A stretch of 64,000 bases of DNA from Candidatus Marinacidobacterales bacterium (GTDB taxonomy: Bacteria; Acidobacteriota; Vicinamibacteria; Marinacidobacterales; DATDRI01). Numbering within the stretch: the stretch's first letter is position 1; the number at the start of each line of letters is the position of its first letter. Shown here in pieces: positions 31,812 through 41,397 of the stretch. Location: contig CBDANW010000002.1 in assembly GCA_965197825.1 (NCBI GenBank), positions 138,059-202,058 on the forward strand, written 5' to 3'. Position numbers and translations under genes: made by a program. Below the pieces are notes generated by a model. That model was not told where the DNA came from and searched no databases. It saw nothing but the letters and a program-made list of their open reading frames with translations.

Positions 31812-32145
31812 GCTCTCTGCCTTCAAGGCTCGTCGCGAGCTGGCTCTCGAGAATGTCGCTCTTCGCCAGCAGCTCGCCGTCCTCCGCCGTTCGGTGAAAC
31901 GGCCGCGGCTCTCGAATGTCGACCGCGAGTTTTGGGTGCTGTTGCGCAGAATCTGGACTGACTGGGAGAGCGTCCTCGTCGTCGTGAAACCTGGGACGGT
32001 CGTCAGCTGGCACCGTTGTGGGTTCAGACGATATTGGGCGTGGAAGAGCCGACGGCGTAGGCCTGGACGACCAGGCGTCGCTCCCGAAATACGTGAGCTG
32101 ATACGGAACATGAGCAGGGCCAACCCCGGTAGGGTCGAGGGCTGG
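31812..32145 (+). pseudogene. N-terminal fragment of rve-type transposase
   Basis: SAFKARRELALENVALRQQLAVLRRSVKRPRLSNVDREFWVLLRRIWTDWESVLVVVKPGTVVSWHRCGFRRYWAWKSRRR.GRPGVAPEIRELIRNMSRANPG. It is truncated at both ends. Confidence 0.7.
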
Positions 32146-32339
32146 TCCTCGCGTTCCACGCCCGTCAAGCCTGTCCGGCCCTTCGTCCGATCGGCCCGGG
32201 CCTGACGGACCCAGTTGCGAAACGCCGATTCGGTGAGGTCAAGCTCCCGGGCCACCCGACCCACGCTCTGCCCCTCATCAAGCACCAGCCGGACCGCGCC
32301 TGCCTTAAACTCGTCATCAAACCTGGGTCAAGCCCACAT
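32146..32339 (-). pseudogene. IS3-family orfA fragment with element terminus
   Basis: Encodes LDEGQSVGRVARELDLTESAFRNWVRQARADRTKGRTGLTGVERE and ends in ...GGGTCAAGCCCA (compare 5035-5046). Confidence 0.7.
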
Positions 32340-32579
32340 CGGTGTTACAAAGGGCTCAGTCGCACCAACGTTGAGCCGACCTTTTGAGCCGGTGCCACCT
32401 CCAGAGACTACCGCGTTTCATTCATTCGGTGTGGCCGTCAGGCCGTGGAAAACTTGACAGTACCCGCTCGGGTGTCACATCCTCAACCGGATGGACGAGT
32501 TTGGTAGGCCGAAATCCTACGCCTTGGTATCGTGAACGAGGGGTTGGGATAGCGGCCCTACTCGCGCCGGGGTTGAATC

Positions 32580-35500
32580 ATGCAACAGCACCGGAAACAG
32601 TGGCAAAAGGAGTTCGGGCTCGCCAAACATGGTGACCTTTTTCTCACGACGAATGCCGACCTTAAAAACACGCCTCCGAAAGCGTCCCGGGCGCACGTCG
32701 CGCGCCGCGCGTTTGACCTCCTCAGGCTCGATGGCGTGCTTTGCACCGATAGCGCGCCGCTGGTCTACTTCAAGCAGGTCGAGCGGATCAACAACGCCCA
32801 AATCGTAACTCTTCACCGCACGTTCTGGAACCACGGCGGAGCGCCAATCCTTGCCGTCATAGCGCCGAACGAGGTTCACATCTATTCCGGCTTTGTGAGA
32901 CCAGCCCTTGGCGCCGAGAGCGCACAGCGCATCCCGGCTTTCGTTGAGACGCTCGATCGGGCGTCCTCTGAGTTGAAGGGATTCTTGCCGACAGTCGAAT
33001 CCGGAGAATTCTTTCGAAGGCACCCGAAATCATTCGATCCTTCGCACCGCGTTGATCGCGATCTCCTCGAAAACCTCCAGACAACCCGCGACAAGCTGCT
33101 CGCTCTGCCCGCCGCAAAGATGGATGCGGACGCGCTTGACGCCCTTCTGTGCAGGCTCGTTTTTGCCTGCTATCTATTCGATCGCCGCGTAATCGGTGAC
33201 AGCTACTTGAAACGAATCGGCCTGCCGAACGCGACGCACCTGAGCGGCATTCTCGGCCTGCAGCCAAGAACTAAGGCCAAAGAGCACCTTTATAGGCTCT
33301 TTGAGCGGCTTAGCAAAGACTTCGATGGTGACCTTTTTAGCGATGACCTCGAATCCGAAGCAAGATTCGTATCAGCATCTCACATCGAACCTCTCTATGA
33401 ATTCTTCCGCGGCACGGACGCCGTCACCGGGCAGCGTTCATTCTGGCCCTACGATTTCTCCGCGATTCCCGTCGAGACGATCAGCGCAATCTATGAACGG
33501 TTCCTCAAAGCACCAGAAAAGCGCGCAGGCGCGTTCTATACGCCGCGCTTCCTCGCCGAACTCGTTCTTGACATTGCATTGAGTCCGACTTCCTCGCTCC
33601 TCAAGAGCCGTTACCTGGACCCTGCCTGCGGCTCAGGCATCTTTTTGGTAGGCCTCTTCAATCGCATTGCTGAGGAATGGAAGCGGACTAATCCTGAAGC
33701 CAGGAACGACCGCAGAGCACGGGAACTCCGTAAGGTGCTCTGCGAGAACCTGTGCGGCGTCGATATCAATCCGACGGCATGCCGCATCACGACGTTCAGT
33801 CTTTACCTCGCTTATCTCGACCAACTCTCTCCACGCGACATCCACGAACTGCGGCGGAAAGGCCACAGGCTTCCGAAACTTGTGCATCAAGTGCAGCAGC
33901 CGCAGAGCAGGAATGTCGAAGGCAATATCTGGTGCGGCGACTTTTTCTCTAGAACCGGCGAATATCCTTCTGACGTCGATTTCGTAATCGGCAACCCTCC
34001 ATGGGGCAGCACCGCTAAAGCAGGCTCACCGGCCGCTGGCTGGTGTTCTCGTAGAGACGCCACACTCACGGTACCCGACAGACAGATCAGCGCCGCATTT
34101 ATCTGGAAAGCAGCTCACCATGTGAACAACGCAGGACGCATCTGCTTCGTGCTTCCGCATGGCACCATTTTCAATCGCAGTAATACGGCTCTCCAGTTCC
34201 AGCGGATGCTTTTCAGGCGGCACGCCGTCGACCAGGTAATGAACTTGGCGGACTATCAGCGATTCCTTTTCGAAGAGGCCGGCCACCCTGCGATCGTGAT
34301 TTCCTATAGGAAATCATCCCCGAAAGACCGGCAACACAAGATCCAGTATTCGGCGCCGAAAGTGGACTGGCTCGTCACTAGAAGTGAAGTCGTCGCTGTG
34401 GCGCCAGAAGATCGAGACACCGTGACGGTTGGAGACGTGCTCCTGGACTTGGAGAGTCCAGACGCACCGCAGATCTGGAAACAGAGATTTTGGGCCACAC
34501 CACGAGACCGGCGCCTGATCGACCGGCTGTTGCTTTACCCACGCCTCCGCGACCACGTACGCCAAATCAAGGAGATTGCTCCCGCCAAGCCGTGGGTGAT
34601 CTCCGCGGGCATCCAGAACATGGGGCCAAGCGATGATCCTGCAAGGGCTGAGACCATCGCCTTGCCGTCGAAGCTCTTCATCGACGCAAGATCAAGGAAC
34701 ATTGATTTGTTCGTACTGCCCAGCGACTGCCGGGAACTCCCCGCGGCGGAGTACACGGTCAGAAGCAGGTCGAACAAAGCGACCACGGTCTTTCACGCAC
34801 CGCATGTGCTCGTCAAGCAAGGGTTTACTGGGGCGGCGTACGCCGATTTTGATGCCTCGTTTCTGTTTTCCCTGCGAGGAGTCAGCGGCCCTCCTCAAGA
34901 TCGGAACCACCTGATCTTCCTCGCAGCTTATTTCCGCACTGCCCTCGCAAGGTTCTTCTCGTTTCACACTTCATCGAGCTGGGGTATCAGTCGTCAGCTC
35001 GTTGGGGTGGATGAACTGCTACGGCTCCCGTTTCCCCTGCCGGAGGCGTTGCCTGACCCTCAGCGCGCTTGGGGAATTGTCAACGAGGTTGCCGACATCG
35101 TGACTAGAGCCGTGGTAGCAGCTGATGATTCGTTCATCGACCGCAATGCGCTCGTGAAGATAGCGAGTGACTCCATTGAGACATTGATGGACGAGTACTT
35201 CGACATACTTTCGTTGGAGCGAACCCTGATCGACGATACGGTTCGCGTAATCATCCCGAGCGCCCGCCCCACAAGGAACCGGCGGCTTGTGCCGACAGTC
35301 GAGCCGAGCAAGCAAACGCAGCGAGATGACTACACGAATCAGCTCTGCGCCACGCTCAACGAATGGTCGAAGAACAGTCCGTTCGTCGTCGAAGGTCGCA
35401 CAATCGCATCCGCCAGCCTCGGTATCGGGGTCGCGATGCTCGAGAAGAATGTCCGCGGACGCCCAACTCCCGCGCACCTACACGACGACGACGATTTGCT

Positions 35501-35705
35501 GGCGTCGTTGGAGCGGCTTCGCCGGCTGACGTCCCGTCGGCTCAATACATTCGAACTGGTACGCAGCACTAAGGTCTTCGAACAGGATCGCCTGTACATC
35601 GTGAAGCCGATCGGACGCCGCTTCTGGACAGAGACGGCGGCCCTCAACGACGCCGACGAAATCGCAGGCTCAATTCTGATGCAAAATTCCAAGGAAATGG
35701 CGTGA
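32580..35705 (+). CDS. large gamma-class N6-adenine DNA methyltransferase (Eco57I/MmeI-like architecture), 1041 aa
   Basis: Motif X GAFYTPRFLAELVLD, motif I YLDPACGSGIFLVG and motif IV DFVIGNPPWGS are present. A ~330-aa N-terminal domain precedes them and a ~450-aa C-terminal (target-recognition-like) region follows. Confidence 0.8.
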   Translation: MQQHRKQWQKEFGLAKHGDLFLTTNADLKNTPPKASRAHVARRAFDLLRLDGVLCTDSAPLVYFKQVERINNAQIVTLHRTFWNHGGAPILAVIAPNEVHIYSGFVRPALGAESAQRIPAFVETLDRASSELKGFLPTVESGEFFRRHPKSFDPSHRVDRDLLENLQTTRDKLLALPAAKMDADALDALLCRLVFACYLFDRRVIGDSYLKRIGLPNATHLSGILGLQPRTKAKEHLYRLFERLSKDFDGDLFSDDLESEARFVSASHIEPLYEFFRGTDAVTGQRSFWPYDFSAIPVETISAIYERFLKAPEKRAGAFYTPRFLAELVLDIALSPTSSLLKSRYLDPACGSGIFLVGLFNRIAEEWKRTNPEARNDRRARELRKVLCENLCGVDINPTACRITTFSLYLAYLDQLSPRDIHELRRKGHRLPKLVHQVQQPQSRNVEGNIWCGDFFSRTGEYPSDVDFVIGNPPWGSTAKAGSPAAGWCSRRDATLTVPDRQISAAFIWKAAHHVNNAGRICFVLPHGTIFNRSNTALQFQRMLFRRHAVDQVMNLADYQRFLFEEAGHPAIVISYRKSSPKDRQHKIQYSAPKVDWLVTRSEVVAVAPEDRDTVTVGDVLLDLESPDAPQIWKQRFWATPRDRRLIDRLLLYPRLRDHVRQIKEIAPAKPWVISAGIQNMGPSDDPARAETIALPSKLFIDARSRNIDLFVLPSDCRELPAAEYTVRSRSNKATTVFHAPHVLVKQGFTGAAYADFDASFLFSLRGVSGPPQDRNHLIFLAAYFRTALARFFSFHTSSSWGISRQLVGVDELLRLPFPLPEALPDPQRAWGIVNEVADIVTRAVVAADDSFIDRNALVKIASDSIETLMDEYFDILSLERTLIDDTVRVIIPSARPTRNRRLVPTVEPSKQTQRDDYTNQLCATLNEWSKNSPFVVEGRTIASASLGIGVAMLEKNVRGRPTPAHLHDDDDLLASLERLRRLTSRRLNTFELVRSTKVFEQDRLYIVKPIGRRFWTETAALNDADEIAGSILMQNSKEMA

Positions 35706-36343
35706 ACGTTCTCGGCAACTTGGCTGATTGGACTGATCTACTGGACCACATGGTCCCTGACATCCTCAGCGTCACCATCGCGGCCTGGGAATCACTACCG
35801 CCGATCGCCGCTGACGAAAAGGAGGACGACATCACATTCACACTTTGCCGCGCCCTCCGGCAGAATCGTGAGGCCAGGCATCTTCCCTTTCAGATTCATA
35901 CGCAGCAAGTAGAGCTCGACCCCTCGCCAGGGGAAGACAGGGGCCGCCTGGATATCGTGTTCAATCTGCTTGTGCCTTGTGAAGAAATCTATTCCTGTCT
36001 GGAGGGAAAGCGCCTCAACGTCGTCAAGGACGGCACTACAAGGGCCTATGCCTCAGAATATGTGCGCCGCGGCATGATGAGATTTGTCACAGGGCAATAT
36101 GCCCGCGCTGTGCGTCATGGTGGGATGATCGGCTACGTCCTTGACCATAACGTCACTCGCGCGATTGCCAATGTCGAGGCAAATGTCCAGGCTCAGTGCT
36201 CTGCCCTTCGCATGACACCGCCCGGAAAATTGCTCGACTCGGAGGCACTAGGACCCGACAAGCGCGTCAAAGAGACTCATCATCAGCGCGAACACGACAC
36301 CAGCACATTCCACATTCATCATCTGTTCATGGCAGTGAACTGA
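35702..36343 (+). CDS. PD-(D/E)XK-type nuclease-like protein (213 aa) coupled to the methyltransferase
   Basis: The GTG start overlaps the methylase stop (GTGA), with AAGGA 6 nt upstream. GRLDIVFNLLVP...YSCLEGKRL fits a D...E-x-K motif. Confidence 0.5.
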   Translation: MNVLGNLADWTDLLDHMVPDILSVTIAAWESLPPIAADEKEDDITFTLCRALRQNREARHLPFQIHTQQVELDPSPGEDRGRLDIVFNLLVPCEEIYSCLEGKRLNVVKDGTTRAYASEYVRRGMMRFVTGQYARAVRHGGMIGYVLDHNVTRAIANVEANVQAQCSALRMTPPGKLLDSEALGPDKRVKETHHQREHDTSTFHIHHLFMAVN

Positions 36344-36346
36344 AGA

Positions 36347-36660
36347 ACCCCGTCCTGTGCCAAAACTCAGCCCTTTTGAAATAGACCATAAATCAGCAGC
36401 TTAGCGACTGGGCCAAGGGGCCCTTAGGCTCTACAGTTACCCAAAACCCGCGGTCGACGTTCGAGAGCCGCGGCCGTTTCACCGAACGGCGGATGACGGC
36501 GAGCTGCTGCCGAAGAGCGACATTGTCGAGAGCCAGCTCGCGACGAGCCTTGAAGGCGGAGATGAGAGCGCGAACAAACGACGAAATCAAGCAGGCATGG
36601 TGCCGGCAGACCGGAGACTAATCAAGTTTGGGGCGCCCGGATGAATAAATAGAAGCACAG
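36347..36660. mobile_element. ~310-bp MITE-like element, copy 2 of 2373-2682
   Basis: Same termini and internal sequence. It abuts the nuclease-like gene stop by 3 nt on one side and an IS256 fragment on the other. Confidence 0.65.
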
Positions 36661-36932
36661 GCGAAGACATCCATCCTCACGCCGCGCCATTTGTTTGCGA
36701 CGGCCAAGAGCACAGCGAACGAGAGTTTCATCGCGGCCTCCTCGGTGAAGAAGTGAGGAATGACCTTTGTGCGACGTTTGTGCTCTCCGAACGTGCGCTC
36801 AAGTAGATTCGACGTGCGAAGCCTTTTGTGATGCGCCGCCAGGAAGGCGTAGCGCCTGAAGACACGCTTCGAGGGTCTCTTCCATGCACTTCATCGCGCT
36901 CGGGAATCGTTGACGGTACCGAGCGATCACCT
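36661..36932 (-). pseudogene. internal/3' IS256 transposase fragment
   Basis: Colinear with 37218-37490 of copy 2 (…RYRQRFPSAMKCMEETLEACLQALRLP…). Both ends are truncated by other elements. Confidence 0.75.
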
Positions 36933-37025
36933 GTGCTCCGCAAAAAGTCGATCCAGCGTTGATTGCGCGTTTTAGACACGCCATGGTCGGCTGCTTCTGG
37001 CCGGTCTTCTTTTTTGCGGATCACA
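36931..37025. mobile_element. 95-bp miniature element with TIRs CTGTGCTCCGCAAAAAG / CTGTGATCCGCAAAAAAG
   Basis: The inverted termini are visible directly. The same terminus occurs at 63167-63215 and, in extended form, at 20870-20988 and 52675-52800. Confidence 0.55.
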
Positions 37026-37096
37026 GGTACTGCACACCCCGTCGGTCGAACACGTGAACTTGCGGCTCCTCGACTAAGGAAATCCGACTCTACCGA

Positions 37097-38496
37097 GGTC
37101 AAGTCTTAATTTTCCTGTCAAATCTCCGTACGGTTCCCCGCGCTCGGTTAAGCTGCTGATTCCTCCGACGTGCCTTGCGGGAGAAGCTCGTTGCGAAGCT
37201 CCTCGACTTTCCTAGCGGCGAAGACATCCATCCTCACGCCGCGCCATTTGTTTGCGACGGCCAAGAGCACAGCGAACGAGAGTTTCATCGCGGCCTCCTC
37301 GGTGAAGAAGTGAGGAATGACCTTTGTGCGACGTTTGTGCTCTCCGAACGTGCGCTCAAGTAGATTCGACGTGCGAAGCCTTTTGTGATGCGCCGCAGGA
37401 AGGAGTAGCGCCTGAAGACACGCTTCGAGGGTCTCTTCCATGCACTTCATCGCGCTCGGGAATCGTTGACGGTACCGAGCGATCACCTCCCGACCCTTCT
37501 TCAGCCCTTGCTCGTAGCTGTTCGCATGGAACGACTCAAGGATGGCCGCCTTGAGTTCGTCGCGCACTTCCTTCGGAGCCTTGCCCAGGATGTTCTCGAG
37601 GCGGTGCTTCTGGCAACGTTGCTTGAGGCTTCGAGGGAAGACCTCTGCGATCGCTTTGAGCACTCCAGGATTCCCGTCCGTCACGATGAGCAACGGCTCC
37701 CTCATTCCTCGGGCCACTATCTCCTGCAAGAACCCCTTCCAGTTCTCGTAGGATTCTCGGTTGCCGACACCGATATGAAGAAGAACTCGCGTCCCATCAG
37801 CGCGATAGCCGGTCGCAACGAGGATGGGCTCTTTTCTCTCCGCTCCTTGGTGGTAGCGCAGGTACGTGCCGTCGAGCTCGAGATACAACAGCTTCTCGTT
37901 CGAGAGATCCCGTTTTCGAAACGCCTCGAAATCCTCCGACAGACACCGTGTGACCCGGCTCACCACCGACTTCGAGACACCCGTGCCGCTCAGCACGTCC
38001 GCGAACGTCGCCTCAATGTCACGCGTCGACATCCCGTGGACGTACATCCGCGCGATCAGTTCATCGAGTTTCTCGGTCCGGCTCACGTAGGCGTCGAGAA
38101 TCTTTGACTGAAACACCTTCTCTGTTTCTCGTACCCGCGGCACTTGCACCGTCACCGCTCCCTCGCCCGTGAGGACCCGATGCGACTCATACCCGTTGCG
38201 TCGTCCCTTCTCCTTCGTCGTTGCCGGAGCGTTCTCATAGTAGTTTCGACCCAACGCCTCCGTCACCTCGCGCTCCAACGCATATTGAAGCATCATCTGA
38301 GCTCCCGACCGGACGATCTCCGAGAGATTCATCTCCCCAAATACCAGTTGTTCCTCGAACTGCTTGAGCAATCGCTGACTCGGTAGTACCTTTCCCATGA
38401 TGTATGGTTCTCCTTTTCTGTCCCCATGACGGGGACGGGTTTGAGCTTGGGGAACCATACATCGTTTTTCTTTGACAGGAATCTTAAGACATCACC
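37097..38496 (-). mobile_element. IS256-family insertion sequence, intact copy 2
   Basis: 1400 bp with the same IRs as copy 1. A 9-bp duplication CTCTACCGA lies at 37088-37096 and 38497-38505. Confidence 0.9.
37148..38398 (-). CDS. IS256-family transposase
   Basis: Identical to copy 1 except for R-to-L in ...CLQALLLPAAHH.... Confidence 0.9.
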   Translation of the reverse strand: MGKVLPSQRLLKQFEEQLVFGEMNLSEIVRSGAQMMLQYALEREVTEALGRNYYENAPATTKEKGRRNGYESHRVLTGEGAVTVQVPRVRETEKVFQSKILDAYVSRTEKLDELIARMYVHGMSTRDIEATFADVLSGTGVSKSVVSRVTRCLSEDFEAFRKRDLSNEKLLYLELDGTYLRYHQGAERKEPILVATGYRADGTRVLLHIGVGNRESYENWKGFLQEIVARGMREPLLIVTDGNPGVLKAIAEVFPRSLKQRCQKHRLENILGKAPKEVRDELKAAILESFHANSYEQGLKKGREVIARYRQRFPSAMKCMEETLEACLQALLLPAAHHKRLRTSNLLERTFGEHKRRTKVIPHFFTEEAAMKLSFAVLLAVANKWRGVRMDVFAARKVEELRNELLPQGTSEESAA

Positions 38497-38523
38497 CTCT
38501 ACCGAAGCCCGCCTTTGACCCGA

Positions 38524-39477
38524 TCAATCGCCTAACGGAAAACCGATAGGATTCGCCTCGATCAACTCGATAACATGACGAATACCAATTGCGACGAGGA
38601 TCCCAGGGTTTTCCTGAACGTATAGCCCTGCTGGTTTACCTTCTGGATCAGTAATCGTGTTCCGATTCTGGTCAACAACGGGTTGCAGTGGCGTAGGATA
38701 ATGTGCAACAACCCCAGCCACGCGTAAGTCGGTTGCCGAGCCACCCATTGGAGCAAACACCACTGGACCACCGCTGAATCCAGGATTCACGTGCGCGTCC
38801 AGGTAAATCTTGGATACATCCCCGAATTCGAAAGCGCTCACGATGCCGGATTTAACAAACGGGAGTGGAAGGCCTCGATTGATTTTTTCACCACTAGAGT
38901 TCATTCTATATGGAAATCCAAGAAAGAAAACTTGCTGTCCGTAGGTTAGGTTGGCTTGTGATGCAGTCAAATCAAGAGACGGCGATATACGGATCGGACA
39001 CGAAAGTACCGCGACGTCTGCGTCACCGTCACCGATTCCAACAACCTCTACAGCCAAGTTTTTCCATTGCTCTTCGTGAAACACACGGATGCTATCTCCG
39101 GAATCAATTCCCTTCACAACATGGCGAGCTGTGACCAGGTATTGCTTGGAGGCATGATCGATGGCAAAAGCAGTACCGGTAGAATCTCGCCACTTGATGT
39201 GAAAGACTCTGGATAATACGTTCGTCGTAATCATGGGTGTCGCTCCCAACGCAGCTTGAAAACCGACCGGTCCGGCACCCGACGCCGTTGCTCTCCCTAT
39301 AATCATCCCGGCAACGAGAAGGAACATCCAGATGCGACGGCGGGTTCGTCCTTCATGCCATCGATTCTCGAACCCTAGGTCAGCGAACACGTGGCCGATG
39401 CAGCATGCGATCTGCATCGCTTCACACCGACGGCTGCGGCTGGTATCGCTCGAGGTTGGTTCGGGTGCTTCCGCCAT
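38524..39477 (-). CDS. membrane-anchored trypsin-like (S1/Trypsin_2) serine protease
   Basis: An N-terminal TM segment (IWMFLLVAGMIIG) is followed by the catalytic triad contexts LVTARHVV, DADVAVLS and NPGFSGGPVVF. G+C is visibly lower than in the flanks. Confidence 0.7.
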   Translation of the reverse strand: MAEAPEPTSSDTSRSRRCEAMQIACCIGHVFADLGFENRWHEGRTRRRIWMFLLVAGMIIGRATASGAGPVGFQAALGATPMITTNVLSRVFHIKWRDSTGTAFAIDHASKQYLVTARHVVKGIDSGDSIRVFHEEQWKNLAVEVVGIGDGDADVAVLSCPIRISPSLDLTASQANLTYGQQVFFLGFPYRMNSSGEKINRGLPLPFVKSGIVSAFEFGDVSKIYLDAHVNPGFSGGPVVFAPMGGSATDLRVAGVVAHYPTPLQPVVDQNRNTITDPEGKPAGLYVQENPGILVAIGIRHVIELIEANPIGFPLGD

Positions 39478-39807
39478 TAATGGTCAATTTCAAAAATGCC
39501 GAGTTTTGGGACAGGATGGGGTGGCCTTCATGGACGCGAAAATGTCTGTGAGTGAATTGCGCTGTATCGCCGTGTAGCCACTTGGTAGCGCTCGGATCGA
39601 TATCCTGGGTGTGCACGTGGGCAACGGTTTTCACGGTGCTAGACATCTGATGCGGCTCCCTGCATGGGTGGCTGTGCGTCGATGACGCCAAGCAGCTCCC
39701 TCGTGCGGATGCCCCAGATGACCTTGCCCAAGAGCAAGTCGTGAGATATCTCCTCCCAAGCCTTGGTCACACCGGCGAGGAGTTCCACGTCTGTTTCTGA
39801 GGTTGCA

Positions 39808-40614
39808 TCACCGCCTCGCTTCGGAATGCTTCTTTTCCCCGCGAGACGTGCTCGTGACGGCGTCCGAAGAGGGTAGCTTGGCGGTCCTGCCTTTACCCTC
39901 TTCCTTTTTGCTCACGAACCGGCGAGACTGCTTTCGAAGTAGCATTGCACTTGCACCCATAAGCGTCGTAAATAGCACGACAATTGCTGGCAGCAAGGGC
40001 GTGATTGATTCAGTGGTGCTAGAGTCGCGTTCATCGAATAATACGAGAACCATAGTCATCAACGCAGTTGTAACGCCTAGCATTAGGCTCATCGTCGTGA
40101 CCATTCGTGATCTATATTCTGCCAAATCTGACCTTGGTCCTTGTCCTGCTCCGGTAACATCTGCATCCCCTTGGCTAGGCTCATGTGATACGTGGATGAG
40201 GGCATCTAGCTGATTGTAGTATTCTTGTTTCGTCTTGGCAGAGATAAAACTCGAATCCATTATTTCCTTTGTAAGTTCCTCGCCTATTTGGGCAGGGGCG
40301 TGCAAATCATTTCTTTTAACGGCGTATTTCCGGGCGGTGGCACTGATAAGAGATTCTACGACTCGCCGTTCAGGAACGCTTCTCTCAGGAATGCCTAGCC
40401 GAAGAGCATAAACTATTTCTAGATTGGCCGACTGAAGTTTTTGCATGTACTCCCCACGGTCCCTACGGGAGAGAACTTTTCGGGAGACGAAAGTGACTAA
40501 CAGCCCGCTAAGGGTGCCGCCCCCTATACCAACTATCCATGGATTGTTGAGCCAGTCCAGCAAGGTTTTACCTTCATCGACCTGAGACGATTGGAACGCC
40601 TCATAGCCTATCAT
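39808..40614 (-). CDS. hypothetical 3-TM membrane protein (268 aa), low G+C
   Basis: One N-terminal TM (WIVGIGGGTLSGLLVTFV), a ~120-aa soluble helical region, two C-terminal TMs (MVTTMSLMLGVTTALMTMVLVLF; LLPAIVVLFTTLMGASAMLL) and a basic tail. I recognise no family. Confidence 0.5.
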   Translation of the reverse strand: MIGYEAFQSSQVDEGKTLLDWLNNPWIVGIGGGTLSGLLVTFVSRKVLSRRDRGEYMQKLQSANLEIVYALRLGIPERSVPERRVVESLISATARKYAVKRNDLHAPAQIGEELTKEIMDSSFISAKTKQEYYNQLDALIHVSHEPSQGDADVTGAGQGPRSDLAEYRSRMVTTMSLMLGVTTALMTMVLVLFDERDSSTTESITPLLPAIVVLFTTLMGASAMLLRKQSRRFVSKKEEGKGRTAKLPSSDAVTSTSRGEKKHSEARR

Positions 40615-40855
40615 TCATTTTCCTTGGCGAAGGATCGGATCTCGGCGGTGCTTTCGCCATTAAGTGTTGGTGATTTGTACGCATCCCGTCCTGTGCCAAA
40701 ACTCGGCCCCTTTGAAATAGATCATAAATCAGCAGCTTTGTGTTTGGGTTTGCGACTGGGCCAAAAAGACTTGGTGTTGCTCGACTGTTTTCACTTTGCC
40801 GACCGCAACCTTTAGAGTTCTGTTCGTCTTCATCGTCCTTCGGGTCAAGTCTTAA

Positions 40856-41043
40856 CCCTAATCGCAAATAAACGTCACCGTGTCTGAGGTCTTTGGCCCC
40901 GTGAATAGCACCTTTTCCAGGTTCTGCATACACCGTGCAGAATCACCTATAGTGGCGGCGAGCGGGTGCCCCAGCACGAGCTTCTCGCCTGCGCCCAGTG
41001 CGGCTGTTTCGCGTTTTCGTGCTTCGAAGATTTTGCGATTAGG
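40856..41043. mobile_element. 188-bp MITE (TIR CCCTAATCGCAAA) inserted at TTAA inside an IS256 inverted repeat
   Basis: GTCTTAA[CCCTAATCGCAAAT...TTTGCGATTAGGG]TTAATTTTCCTGTCAAA. The uninterrupted IS256 IR reads GTCTTAATTTTCC, so TTAA (or TA) is duplicated. Confidence 0.7.
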
Positions 41044-41397
41044 GTTAATTTTCCTGTCAAATCTCCGTACGGTTCCCCGCGCTCGGTTAAGCTGCTGATT
41101 CCTCCGACGTGCCTTGCGGGAGAAGCTCGTTGCGAAAGTGGACGGCGCAACAAATGGTCCATGCTTTTCCATGGGATACGGCGCCGAATTACTGAGATAC
41201 AACGTGGTACTAACCGTGGGGTCAGGTCAACTGGTCGGCCGTGCTTCGGCCACCCACCCAACTTCTACCGGTTGGCAAGGGGTTTCACTGATATGTGGGA
41301 TGGTTTCCTCCTTGGCAAGCGATACCTCATCCACGACCGGGACCCGCTATTCACCAAGGCGGTACGTGGGCTGTTGAGAGATTCAGGCGTGAAGCAG

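Noticed and set aside
32580-35705. Calling the 1041-aa methylase PglX (BREX) or DrmMI (DISARM).
   Set aside because: No PglZ, BrxA/B/C/L or DrmA/B/C-type genes are present within the window. The only coupled gene is the 213-aa PD-(D/E)XK-like ORF.
39525-39800. Two small overlapping minus-strand ORFs between the protease and the 3-TM gene (…KAWEEISHDLLLGKVIWGIRTRELLGVIDAQPP… and MSSTVKTVAHVHTQDIDPSATKWLHGD…), considered as a possible toxin-antitoxin pair.
   Set aside because: The first lacks an ATG start and the second runs straight into a degenerate IS terminus. There are no diagnostic motifs, so the evidence is too weak to annotate.
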